From the NCBI GenBank assembly GCA_963728205.1, contig CAVSIV010000006.1:192001-256000 (forward strand): a DNA stretch of 64,000 bases. Direction: 5' to 3'. Each line of letters opens with the position of its first letter. Position 1 is the stretch's first letter. This DNA comes from an uncultured Chloroflexia bacterium. Lineage in GTDB: Bacteria; Chloroflexota; Dehalococcoidia; UBA2979. Both the position numbers and the translations under genes were made by a program. The notes under the pieces are model-generated. The model was not told where the DNA came from. It did not search any database and saw nothing but the letters and a program-made list of their open reading frames with translations. This document shows, piece by piece, positions 1-9,081 of the stretch.

Positions 1-1317
1 GACCGCCAGCGCCGCCAGCAGCCCGATCGCCGCCGGCATGAAGACGTACAGCGTGAGCGTCGGGTCGATGTGCAGCACCTCGTGCACGTACGCCGGCCCG
101 AGCATCCCCAGCACCACGCCGACCGTGCTCGCGAGCCCCGCCAGCAGCAGCATCCACAGCACACGACGCTCGCCGGCCAGCCAGCGCAGCGCCTCGCCGG
201 TGTCGGCGCCCAGCCGCATCGTGCCGGCCCGCGCGCGCGTCTCGCGCGGCGGCGTCAGCTCGAAGACGCGCGTGAACGCGAGGATGAACAGCACCCCCGC
301 GAAGGTCACCACCGGCTCCACGCCGAAGCGACGCACCAGCAGCGGCGCCAGCGCCGCCTTGCCCAGCACCTCGCCCGTCGACGACGCCAGCGACATGAAC
401 GAGTTCGCCGACGCCAGCTCCTCGGCGTCCGCCACCAGCGGCACCGCCGACGCCTCCGACGGCTGCGAGACCTGGTGCAGCGTGCGCACCAGGAAGATGA
501 TCGCGAGCAGCGACGCGAACCCCGTGCCGAGCAGCGCCGGCACCGCGAAGCACAGCAGGCCCATCGCGACGTAGGCGCCGGCCAGCGCCACGCGCTTCGG
601 CAGCACGTCGGCCACGGCGCCGCCGTAGAGCCCGAGCAGCACGCCCGGCAGCAGGTACGCCGTGCCCACGAGCGCCGCGTCGAACGCCGTGCCCCCGCGC
701 CGCACCACCGCGATCAGCGTGCCGTAGAGCAGCGCCTGCAGCGCCATGTCCGTGAGGAAGCGCGACGCCAGCAGCGCCTGGAAGTGCACGTCGAACGCCA
801 GCGACCCGGGGGGCACCGTGAACCAGAGGATGCGAAAGAGCCGGCGCTGACCGCGGTTCACCGCGCGGTCGAGCCGCGCCGCCTGGCGGATCAGCCGCGG
901 GCGCGTCGACGCCGACGCCCGCTGCAGCAGCCGTACCGCACCGCGCACGCGGCCCTCGGTCTCGCGCGCCGCCTGCTGCACCTGCGCCGGCGTGCCGGCG
1001 TGCGCCACGCGCATCAGCCGGTCGCCGGCGTCGCGCAGCAGCTGCTCGGCGTCGCGGCCGGCGCCGCGCACCGGGTCGGGCACCGCGCCCTCGCCCAGGC
1101 GGCGCAGGTGGTCGGCCGTCGCGCGCAGGCTGCGCTCGAGGTCGGCGGAGGCGCGGCGCACCACGTCCGGCGTCGCCGACGACGACGCCGCGGTCAGCTC
1201 CGCGCGCGCCAGGCGCAGCACGACCTCCAGCTCGACGAGCGTCTCGTCGAGCGCGGCCTCGGTCTCGGCGAGCGACCGGTCCGGCGTCGCGCGGTCGCGA
1301 CGGCGCTCGTCCTGCAT
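1..1317 (-). CDS. MFS transporter with a long N-terminal helical extension (3' end runs off the window)
   Basis: Read manually, absent from the ORF track. ATG at 1317 with AGGAG RBS; MQDERRRDRATPDRS...LLASRFLTDMALQALLYG...LYGGAVADVLPKRVAL (MFS motif A-like) followed by many TM helices; open to position 1. Confidence 0.85.
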   Translation of the reverse strand, partial: MQDERRRDRATPDRSLAETEAALDETLVELEVVLRLARAELTAASSSATPDVVRRASADLERSLRATADHLRRLGEGAVPDPVRGAGRDAEQLLRDAGDRLMRVAHAGTPAQVQQAARETEGRVRGAVRLLQRASASTRPRLIRQAARLDRAVNRGQRRLFRILWFTVPPGSLAFDVHFQALLASRFLTDMALQALLYGTLIAVVRRGGTAFDAALVGTAYLLPGVLLGLYGGAVADVLPKRVALAGAYVAMGLLCFAVPALLGTGFASLLAIIFLVRTLHQVSQPSEASAVPLVADAEELASANSFMSLASSTGEVLGKAALAPLLVRRFGVEPVVTFAGVLFILAFTRVFELTPPRETRARAGTMRLGADTGEALRWLAGERRVLWMLLLAGLASTVGVVLGMLGPAYVHEVLHIDPTLTLYVFMPAAIGLLAALAV

Positions 1318-1495
1318 GCGTGCGGGCTCCTTGCGGCTCTCCCCGCAGGGTAGCCGAGCCCGTCGCGCCCGCCCGCCGCCGTTCGCCCTACCGCCCGGGT
1401 GACGAACGGCGTGCCGCCGCCGCGCGACACCGCACCGCCGGCCTGGCGGGCGCCCCGCCGCGGGTGCGACGAGGTGCTGTGCTACCGTCGTCGCC

Positions 1496-2257
1496 ATGGC
1501 GGAACCGACGACCGACGCCCCGCTCGCGCCGGCCTACCGGCACCTCGCGCTGCCCGCGCCGCCGCCCGGCCGCCCCTACGTGATCGTGAACATGGTGATG
1601 TCCGCCGACGGCCGCGTCGTCGTCGAGGACACCGAGCGCGGCCTCGGCTCCCCCACCGACCAGCGCCTGATGCGCGAGCTGCGCTCGCTCGCCGACGTCG
1701 TCCTCGACGGCGCCGGCACCTTCCGCAAGAGCGGCTCGTCGTCGCGCCTGAACGACCCGGAGCTCGAGGCCGCGCGCGTCGCCGCCGGCCGCCCGCGCGT
1801 GCCCCTCGCCGCCGTGATCACCGCCAGCGGCGCGCTGCCGCTCGACCGCGCCTTCTTCACCGCCGACGACTTCGAGGGCGTGGTCTACGTGAGCGAGTCC
1901 GCGCCCGCGGAGCGCCGCCGCGCGCTGGAGGCGACCGGCCGCCGCGTCTTCGCGATGCCGGACGCCGACCCGCTGCCCTGGGTGCTCGCGCACATGCGCC
2001 GCGCGCTCGACGCGCGCGTGCTGCTCGTCGAGGGCGGCCCCTCCACCAACGGCGGCCTCTTCGACGCCGGCCTGATCGACGAGTACTTCCTGACGCTCGC
2101 CCCGCGCATCGTCGGCGGCCGCGACGCGCTGCCGGCCGTGCGCTCTGCGCGCGAGCGGTCGATGGACGACGTCACGCAGCTGGCGCTGGTGTCCGCGGTG
2201 CCGAACCCGGAGACGGGCGAGGTCTACCTGCGGTACCGCGTGCGCCGAGAGGGCTGA
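1496..2257 (+). CDS. RibD C-terminal domain (pyrimidine reductase/DHFR-like) protein
   Basis: PYVIVNMVMSADG, DVVLDGAGT, LLVEGGPSTNG, LIDEYFLTLAPRIVGG motifs. Confidence 0.9.
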   Translation: MAEPTTDAPLAPAYRHLALPAPPPGRPYVIVNMVMSADGRVVVEDTERGLGSPTDQRLMRELRSLADVVLDGAGTFRKSGSSSRLNDPELEAARVAAGRPRVPLAAVITASGALPLDRAFFTADDFEGVVYVSESAPAERRRALEATGRRVFAMPDADPLPWVLAHMRRALDARVLLVEGGPSTNGGLFDAGLIDEYFLTLAPRIVGGRDALPAVRSARERSMDDVTQLALVSAVPNPETGEVYLRYRVRREG

Positions 2258-2329
2258 GCGCGTAAAGCGATCGGATGCCGAACGCCGCGACATCCAGTGA
2301 CCCTCGCTGCTAGTGGAATCAAACGCGTA

Positions 2330-3159
2330 CACAACGGCCTCACGGTTGGTCGTCAGAGAACCAGACACCTGGCGTGTCGAGCTGGTAGGCGCGGCTAACC
2401 CAATCTGGAGTCGCATAAGGCTCGCCGTAGCGGAACATCAAGATGAGGCCAGGGTTGAGTTCAGGAGCGCTTGAGCCACCATCGCCCGCCCCGCATGGCC
2501 TCGAATCACCTCTGCGGAAGCTTCGAGCGTGAGGTTCTTGATGTGGAATCCATCAGGACGGAGCTGAGCAGCCGGCCACCAGACAGATACGCTCCCGTTG
2601 TGGACCACCGGTCGCGCCATCAAGAAGTGTTTCGACTTGTTGAAGGCTTCAACGCGTGTCCTATGCTCCTCGGCGCGCTTGCGTGCCGTCCGCACCATTC
2701 CGTCAAGCACATGGGGGAGCGCCGTCGGCAATCTGCTCCCGCCGCGAAGCGTTCACCCTAGCGGCCGCCAACTCGTCGTCACTCGGGAGGTGGAGCACTC
2801 CACGGACTCCGTCTGGCGAAAGGCCCTCGAGCAGGGCGATCGCCTTCTCCTCGGTGTAACTCCCGTCACCGCGGACTTGTACGCGGTCCATCAAAGCCAG
2901 CAGCGAGTGTCGACCGTCTCCGGGCTGCCACTCGTGGAGAGCAAAGAGCGAACCGAGCGTGTCCTCGCTCGCTTCCATCTCCGCCTCGAATGCGGCTACC
3001 AGCAGAAAGCAACGACGCGAAATCACCCATTCCCTCGATGGGCTCGCGGAGAATCGCCTCCGCCTCGAATGCCCGCTGGGCCGTTGCGAACTCGACTGCT
3101 GCCCGGATGATCGCCGCATCATCGAACTCCGGGTTATCCCTCGGATACTGGATGAGCAT
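2330..3159 (-). pseudogene. Hypothetical protein gene broken by several frameshifts (pseudogene or assembly indels)
   Basis: Consecutive minus-strand fragments in different frames (MLIQYPRDNPEFDD... / ...FLLVAAFEAEMEASED... / ...LPHVLDGMVRTARKRAEEHRTRVEAFNKSKH...); lower GC than flanks; 3' boundary approximate. Confidence 0.45.
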
Positions 3160-4318
3160 CAGTGACTTGCTCCCCGATCGCCCCCGAACGGAGAAGCGAG
3201 GCGACTTGGGCGGCGCCATAGCCGAGGTCGGGGAGTAGCGCGCGCGTCTGGCCCGGCGAGCGGCGCCGGCTGACCGGCCCGCACCCTGCCTCCGAGAAGA
3301 ACAGCGGCGAGCGCACCACGCGAAATCGCCGGGCCGTCGCCGGGCCCGGCCGCACTTCCATGACCATGCCCCGCTCCGCGAAGTACGGGTGCGCGGCCGC
3401 CTCCGGCATCGTCTGCACGAGCCCGTACGGTGCGCCGGCGCGCTCCATCTCGCGCGCGACCGTTGCCGCGGGCAGCGCGGCGACCCAGCCGCCGACGACT
3501 GCATTCGCCGCCTCCGGGTTCGCCGGCATCGCCTCGCCGGCGTGGCCGAGCGCCGCCGCAATCCGTGCGAAGTTGTGCGCGCCGCCGATGTTGATCGTGA
3601 CGTGGCGGCCGTCGCTCGTCGCGTGGATCGGGTGGCGGAACGGCTTCCAGTCCGCCTCGGTCGCGCCGTTCAGCGCCGGCACCGCGACCTCGCTCAGCAT
3701 CGCGAGCTGGCAGTCCATCAGCGTGGTGTCGATGCGCTGGCCGCGGCCGGTGTGCTCGCGGTCGTAGAGCGCGGCGACGATGGCGGAGAAGCAGGTCATG
3801 CCGGTGACGATGTCGGCGACGGTGACCCCGGGCGCGAACGGCGCGTCGCCGCCCTGCGCCTGCTGCTGCACCCAGAGCCAGCCGGCCTCGGCATGGGCCG
3901 TCGCGCCGTAGGCGCGCCGCGACGAGAACGACCCGCTCTGCCCGAAGCCCGAGATCGACGCGTAGACGAGCCGCGGGTTGGCGCCCGCGAGCGCGTCGTA
4001 GCCGAGCCCCAGGCCGTCCATCACCCCCGGCGTGAAGTTCTCGACGAGCACGTCGGAACGCGCGGCGAGGTCGCGCGCGACCGCCGCGCCGTCGGGGTGC
4101 TTGAGGTCGAGGCTGATCGAGCGCTTCCCCAGGTTGTTCGCGACGCTGCCGTTGCTCGGCACGGGGCCGTCGCGCCGGTCCGGCGGCGGCAGCGGGGCGT
4201 CGACCTTCGTCACCTCGGCGCCCATGTCGGCGAGCAGGCGCGTGCAGTACGGCCCGGCGACGACGCGGGTGACGTCGAGGACACGGATGCCGTCGAGGAT
4301 GCGGCGAGCGGTCGGCAT
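3134..4318 (-). CDS. CaiB/BaiF family CoA-transferase (class III)
   Basis: LDGIRVLDVTRVVAGPYCTRLLADMGAEV, NLGKRSISLDLK, DVLVENFTPG; C-terminus may contain indels. Confidence 0.93.
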   Translation of the reverse strand: MPTARRILDGIRVLDVTRVVAGPYCTRLLADMGAEVTKVDAPLPPPDRRDGPVPSNGSVANNLGKRSISLDLKHPDGAAVARDLAARSDVLVENFTPGVMDGLGLGYDALAGANPRLVYASISGFGQSGSFSSRRAYGATAHAEAGWLWVQQQAQGGDAPFAPGVTVADIVTGMTCFSAIVAALYDREHTGRGQRIDTTLMDCQLAMLSEVAVPALNGATEADWKPFRHPIHATSDGRHVTINIGGAHNFARIAAALGHAGEAMPANPEAANAVVGGWVAALPAATVAREMERAGAPYGLVQTMPEAAAHPYFAERGMVMEVRPGPATARRFRVVRSPLFFSEAGCGPVSRRRSPGQTRALLPDLGYGAAQVASLLRSGAIGEQVTDAHPVSEG

Positions 4319-4671
4319 GGCGGTGGCCTTTCGTGAGCGCCGCCCCAGCGGAGCGAGCGAGGGCGCGCCGCGACAATGCGGCCCTCAGGCGCGAGTGTCC
4401 AGGCACGTGCATGCGAACCGGCCACCACGACGGCTCACGGCGGCGCGACTCGAAGCGATGAGCATTGGTGCAAAGAGGCGACCGTCGGTCGCATGGGGCT
4501 CTCGCGAGCGGAAGTGACCACGCGCCGCTGACCGGCTCTCACTAAGCGCCAGAGGCGCGCCAGCTTAGCCACGTCCTACGCGCAGAGCAGGCCGCTGTCG
4601 ACCGCGCGTCTCGCGCGTCCTGGTCTAGCGTCACCATTTCAAGTTGGCGATTCGCGCCTGGATATGGCGAA

Positions 4672-5132
4672 TTAGATGACTCGCCCGTGCAGGCAATGTT
4701 TCATCGTAACCGTACGCCTGAAGCCCTTCGCTTCGCGCTGAGAGTATCTGGTCAACCAAGCGAGCAGTCGTCCTATCCAACTCTGTCGCGCTGCGATCAA
4801 TTTTAGATTATCAATGAACGGCCCAAACCAATGGTCGAGTTCGCCGTACATACGTTTGTGGATCTCGCTCCACCATTGTTCGCTCACTGTCGTGCTCGTC
4901 CGCTTCGCAACGTCGAGTTCCAACGCGGCGTTGATGAGAAAGTGTGTCCACGAAAATTGGGCCTGAAACATCGCAACAATGGTGCGACGGCGGTCCTCGG
5001 TCCGGATTCTGCGCGCGCTCCTGCCGGCGCAACCAGTAAGAAGCGACCTCCCCGCCGAACGTGCCCAGCAGACTTGCACACCCGAGCAGCAGCAGCGGCG
5101 GCCGCGATCGCGACGGTCAACGTGTCGCTCAT
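4672..5132 (-). pseudogene. Hypothetical protein with N-terminal hydrophobic segment, frameshifted
   Basis: TACGCT -10-like box then ATG 5132 (MSDTLTVAIAAAAAA...); continues in other frames to ...EDRRRTIVAMFQAQFSWTHFLINAALEL... Confidence 0.35.
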
Positions 5133-5431
5133 CGCCGCGGAGCGTACTCCAGACGACGTAATGAGACGAACGTCGGGAGCAGGCAAAGTCCCACTTCAGC
5201 GCGACCCTCAGGCAACTCGCCCGGTCGTCCTCGCTACTTCGCTGACTGCAAAACCGGGCGCAGCCCCCGCTCCGCTGGCAAACGGGATGAACCCTAACGA
5301 CGACCAACGGTTTCGCGTGTTCGGTTTGTGGTGGACGCTTTTGAGGCGCGATAGAACACCCTGTCGCTCCGGAACACGTCGACTCCGACCGGTGCTGCTG
5401 AGAGCGCCACTGCGAGCAGGAGAGAGCGTCA

Positions 5432-5951
5432 TCAAGCCCCGGTATGCATACCTTCGATTAACTCTTCGATCGATTCTTCCCATTCACGCAGTGTGCGTCC
5501 GTCGGATACAGATCTCCCGTATGTAGAGAACGCCATCCGGTCACCATACGCCCCGGAAACTTTACCGCGAATTCTGAGTGCAGACTTGCGTATGCTGGCG
5601 ATTGGGTGCCTTGTCTCTATTCGACGCAGCGCGTGGACTACGTCACCAGGGCCGTGGAACGTTGGCGTCGGCAATTGGTACGTATCGTAGTCGAAATCGG
5701 CGCCGTGTAACTCCTCGCGTGCTCGGTACTCGAGCCATTCCGCAATGTCAGTCGGCGGACTCCGATGGCAGCCTCTTTCGCGGGCACGGTTCGCCGCTTC
5801 TTCTCGCCGCCGCCGTCGCTCCTGCGAGCTCACTCTTTCGCTCGAGCACCCACTCTTTAGCGAAGACAATCGCCTGGTTTACCGCGCCTGCGATGAGCCC
5901 AGAAGCTCGCGCCGACAAGTGCCAACTCGCGGGCCTGAGAGATTTGCTCAT
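5432..5951 (-). pseudogene. Hypothetical protein with N-terminal TM-like segment, frameshifted
   Basis: MSKSLRP...GLIAGAVNQAIVFAKEWVLERK then a shift to ...IAEWLEYRAREELHG...EELIEGMHTGA*; boundary with the upstream gene uncertain. Confidence 0.35.
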
Positions 5952-5959
5952 CGCTATCC

Positions 5960-6495
5960 TGTTCTTCCGCCCCATCGCGATCTTCTTGATCTGCTTGGCG
6001 TCGAGGTACACGCCCTTCAATTCCCAGTAGTCGAACGTCAGTCGTACGAGAGAGAAGAATGTTAGCAGCGTCCAGATGAACAAGAACCATGCGACGCCAA
6101 CCGTGAGACGAAGCCACAGCAGCATGCTCTCCCACACGCAGGGGCTGGCGATCACCGCGGCGAGTCCCGAAGAAGACGTCATCAGGGCCAAGCCCGCGGC
6201 GAGCGTAAATGGGAACGCGTGCTCCGCGAGTCCTTTCCGATTCGTTCGCATGAACACGAACAGGCTCGCTCGGGGAGGAATGTCAGCAACAACGCAAAGA
6301 CAGCAATGATGATGCCCAACAGCGCGGTCGCCACTCCGACGACAGCAGTCTCGTAACCGTCGAAGGCGCCGGCTAGCCGGCGACAGGGCACGAGGAGGGA
6401 GATTGCCAGCGCGGAAAGGACCGCGGCTGGGAAGGCCACGTCGACGAAGATATTCTTCTCTGCTCCCAGAAGAGCCGCGCGAAGTGCGGAGTCAC
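5960..6495 (-). pseudogene. Multi-pass (~4 TM) membrane protein, frameshifted
   Basis: Hydrophobic fragments ...AFPAAVLSALAISLLV...VATALLGIIIAVFALLLTFL / AFPFTLAAGLALM...LTVGVAWFLFIWTLLTFFSLVRLTF. Confidence 0.55.
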
Positions 6496-6501
6496 GTGTT
6501 T

Positions 6502-7332
6502 CTAGTTCTCAGCGGCCTGTTGGGTGTCCGGAATCGTGTCGAGCAACCGGTGGGCGAGGGCCTCACCTGTCTCCTCGGCTGGCCGGTCGATAGGGATGAT
6601 CACGTCGGTCAGTGACGTAGTTGTAGACGCGTCGCTCGCCGGCGGAGCTGGCCCTGCGCCTTCACTCGGCCGTAACGATGCGCATAAATGGAGAGGTCCT
6701 CCAACTCGGTGTCGCTCACCTGAAGGGACTCACCGGCGGGAGCCACTGCCGTCACTAGCACGGACTTGGCTTTCCAGTGTTCGAGGAAGTCCTTCGCGGT
6801 TTCAGAACCCTGCGGGAAGTGAGGGTTCGGCAGGTGGAAGGAGACCGTGACTCGCGCTACCGAGTCGACCTCTTCCAACCACCGCTCGAAGTCTTGCTCA
6901 TCAACGAGGAAGTCCACCGTCAGCCCGAGGACCTCGGAGAACGTCTCGTTAAGAATTCCTCGGAACCGAGCCCTGATTGAAGCGACTGTCAATGTCCGGT
7001 AGGTTTCCTCGGCCGCGATCCGCCCGTTTTCAAGGTTGATCGCATAGTGTGTGAATGACGCATGGCCTTCGGTGCCGGGAAGGATTTCGAAGTCTTCCGT
7101 CTCTTCGTTGTACACCGAGGCGCTTGATTCTCTCTCGTAGCCAATCCGACCCCACAACGCGTTCCGGTCCTGCAGGACTGATGGCCGCGACAGGCGCCAA
7201 TGCCTTCGGTAGTATTCGGGCCGTAATGGACGGGGCCAGCGCCCCTGTGATGGCCTGGCGAAGGAGAATATTCTGACCGGGACCGTTCGGCTCCTGAGTG
7301 ATCTGTAGCAAAACAACGCGACGTCTCGCCAT
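6502..7332 (-). pseudogene. Soluble hypothetical protein (DUF4747-like features), frameshifted
   Basis: ATG 7332 after GGAGG (MARRRVVLLQITQEP...); core frame ...LWGRIGYERE...FERWLEEVDSVARVTVSFHLPNPHF...; ends ...QQAAEN* at 6502. Family assignment tentative. Confidence 0.5.
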
Positions 7333-7691
7333 TGACCCCTCCGGCATACGATGCCGGGCGAACTTAGCACGATTACGCCTGCGTGAGGACGTCAGACAGC
7401 CACATCGGTCAGCGCGATCGGTGGAAGCACGACTCCCAACTGTTCCTCCGAACATCCTCCACGAGAAAGGACACCACCATGCCGCACCCTCCGCATTCCG
7501 ATTGGCCGGCGGCCTTTGGCGACCCGCGCGCGACCCGACGCAATCGCGGCCGCGCTGGCGTCGTCAAGATTCATCGATAAGAAGGACGAACGGGCGGACA
7601 CCGAGCGAGGGGAATCGCTCATCGGCTACGTGGGTGAACCCGCACGGGCACATCCCGATTGAAGCTAAGGGGACCCAGTGAAGCGAGGACA

Positions 7692-8600
7692 TCAAGAGCC
7701 GTGTGCCTGCATCAGCACGGCCAGCGCGCGGTGATTCCGATCGAGGGGCTCGGCTGCGGTCTCGACGAAGGCCGCCGCGCGACCGCGCACGCCGTCGATG
7801 CCACCGGCGTTCCGCAGCAGGTCGACGAGTGGCGGGTTGAGCCACTCGGACTCCGGGGCGGCGCGCTGCTCGGGTTCGACGCCGTCGGAGATTCCGTTGG
7901 CGCGTGCGAAGAGACGGGCGCGGATCACGAAGGCCACGAGGCTGCCGGGGTCGGGCAGCGACGCCACGTTCAGATCGTGGTGCGCGATCGCCTCACAGAG
8001 TGCGGGCGGGAAGTTCCAGTGGGTGGCGAGCGCGGCGCCGAGGTCGGCGTCGGTGTAGCCGAGGATCACCTCCTCGGCGCGGACGACGGGGATTCCCTGG
8101 GCCGCGGCCATCTGGCGGGCCGAGGCGAGGGCCCCGGGGCGGTGCTGATCGAGCGCGAGACGGCCGATGTTGTGCAGGACGCCGGCGGTGAACGCCTCGT
8201 CGAGGTGCTGCCGGCGGGCCCTGGAGAGGAGTTCGGCGAGCACGCCGACGGTGACCGAGTATCGCCAGAACCGCTCCTGGTCGACGTCGCCGGGGCCGTG
8301 CATCGTGTCCATCACGCTCGAGGCCAGCGCCGTGGAGCGGATGGTGCGGAATCCCAGCAGCACGACGGCGTCGCGCACGGTGGTGATGCGGCGGGGGAAG
8401 CCGTAGTAGGCGGAGTTCGCGAGGCGCAGGATCTTGGAGGTCAGCGCCTGGTCGCTGGCGATTGCGAGGGCGAGCTCAGGAGCGGAGAGGCGATCTTCGC
8501 CGGCGATCTGGAGGATGCGCACGGTGACGGCCGGCAGCGGGCGGAGTTCCCCGATCTCGGCAACGAGCTCATCGAGCGCCGGGTGAGCGGCCAACGACAT
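7692..8600 (-). CDS. HDOD domain signal-transduction protein
   Basis: LRPLPAV, DQALTSKILRLANSAYYG, ITTVRDAVVLLG, AFTAGVLHNIGRL, LGAALATHWNFP. Confidence 0.93.
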   Translation of the reverse strand: MSLAAHPALDELVAEIGELRPLPAVTVRILQIAGEDRLSAPELALAIASDQALTSKILRLANSAYYGFPRRITTVRDAVVLLGFRTIRSTALASSVMDTMHGPGDVDQERFWRYSVTVGVLAELLSRARRQHLDEAFTAGVLHNIGRLALDQHRPGALASARQMAAAQGIPVVRAEEVILGYTDADLGAALATHWNFPPALCEAIAHHDLNVASLPDPGSLVAFVIRARLFARANGISDGVEPEQRAAPESEWLNPPLVDLLRNAGGIDGVRGRAAAFVETAAEPLDRNHRALAVLMQAHGS

Positions 8601-8662
8601 CCCTGCTGCCTGTGCCGTCGCTCACTCCTCGCGTCCGTGCGGTAGAGCTTGTAGGAAGAGGG

Positions 8663-8731
8663 GAATGCACCGCGGGGTGAAACGCCTGCCAGGGCCGGTA
8701 GTAGACAGACGTTTCACCCCGCGACGCATTC
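8663..8731. repeat. Long imperfect inverted repeat upstream of the HDOD gene
   Basis: CGCGGGGTGAAACG (8671-8684) pairs with CGTTTCACCCCGCG (8710-8723); outer GAATGC (8663-8668)/GCATTC (8726-8731). Confidence 0.85.
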
Positions 8732-8735
8732 AGTT

Positions 8736-8770
8736 TCAAACCGGCGCCGCTCGCGGGTGGGCGGCGCCGG
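8736..8770 (-). terminator. Probable intrinsic terminator after the small peptide gene
   Basis: Perfect 10-bp stem CCGGCGCCGC (8741-8750)/GCGGCGCCGG (8761-8770) followed by a short TTT on the minus strand, 10 nt after the stop codon. Confidence 0.65.
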
Positions 8771-8780
8771 AATCGTGCTG

Positions 8781-8897
8781 TTACATGCCCCAGATGAAGA
8801 CGCCGAACGTCCCCAGGTGCATAACAATCGCGCTGCCGATAACAGCGGCGCCCACGCCGTACTGAAGAAGCTTGTCCACCGATAGAAGCTTGGCCAC
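8781..8897 (-). CDS. Unannotated 38-aa hydrophobic peptide MAKLLSVDKLLQYGVGAAVIGSAIVMHLGTFGVFIWGM (candidate signalling/precursor peptide)
   Basis: GTG start with GGAGG (8907-8911) 9 nt upstream, TAA stop, own terminator, candidate promoter; too short for the ORF track. Confidence 0.75.
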   Translation of the reverse strand: MAKLLSVDKLLQYGVGAAVIGSAIVMHLGTFGVFIWGM

Positions 8898-8944
8898 CGA
8901 CCCGTTCCTCCACTAACTCCCGCCTCTGCAGTCGGGATGCTGTG

Positions 8945-8979
8945 AAACTAGGAACGAGGTTCTCGCCAAGCTCTCGCCA
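8945..8979 (-). promoter_or_regulatory. Candidate SARP/BTAD-type promoter: TGGCGAGA direct repeat with 11-bp period plus -10 TAGTTT
   Basis: Minus strand TGGCGAGA-gct-TGGCGAGA (8979-8972, 8968-8961), then 10 nt, then TAGTTT (8950-8945). Confidence 0.55.
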
Positions 8980-9081
8980 CACCCCGTAGGCCCTCTTAAA
9001 TCTGATCAAATCTATGAGTCCCTGGCCGGAGCGCGGGCCAGTCCCCCACGAAGAATCGGCGCGAGAGGCGCGGATTAGCAG

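Noticed and set aside
7479-7681. Small + strand ORF MPHPPHSDWPAAFG... after an AAGGA RBS, and a WVNPH motif in another frame
   Set aside because: The frame is ambiguous in an indel-rich region and no consistent product can be supported.
8640-8780. c-di-GMP riboswitch upstream of HDOD
   Set aside because: I could not find the GEMM-type GCAAA / GNRA-receptor pattern by eye, so it is kept only as an unexplained inverted repeat.
8781-8897. RiPP precursor or Flp pilin interpretation of the peptide
   Set aside because: No modifying enzymes or peptide exporter are adjacent, and there is no class III signal (G|xxxxEY) motif.
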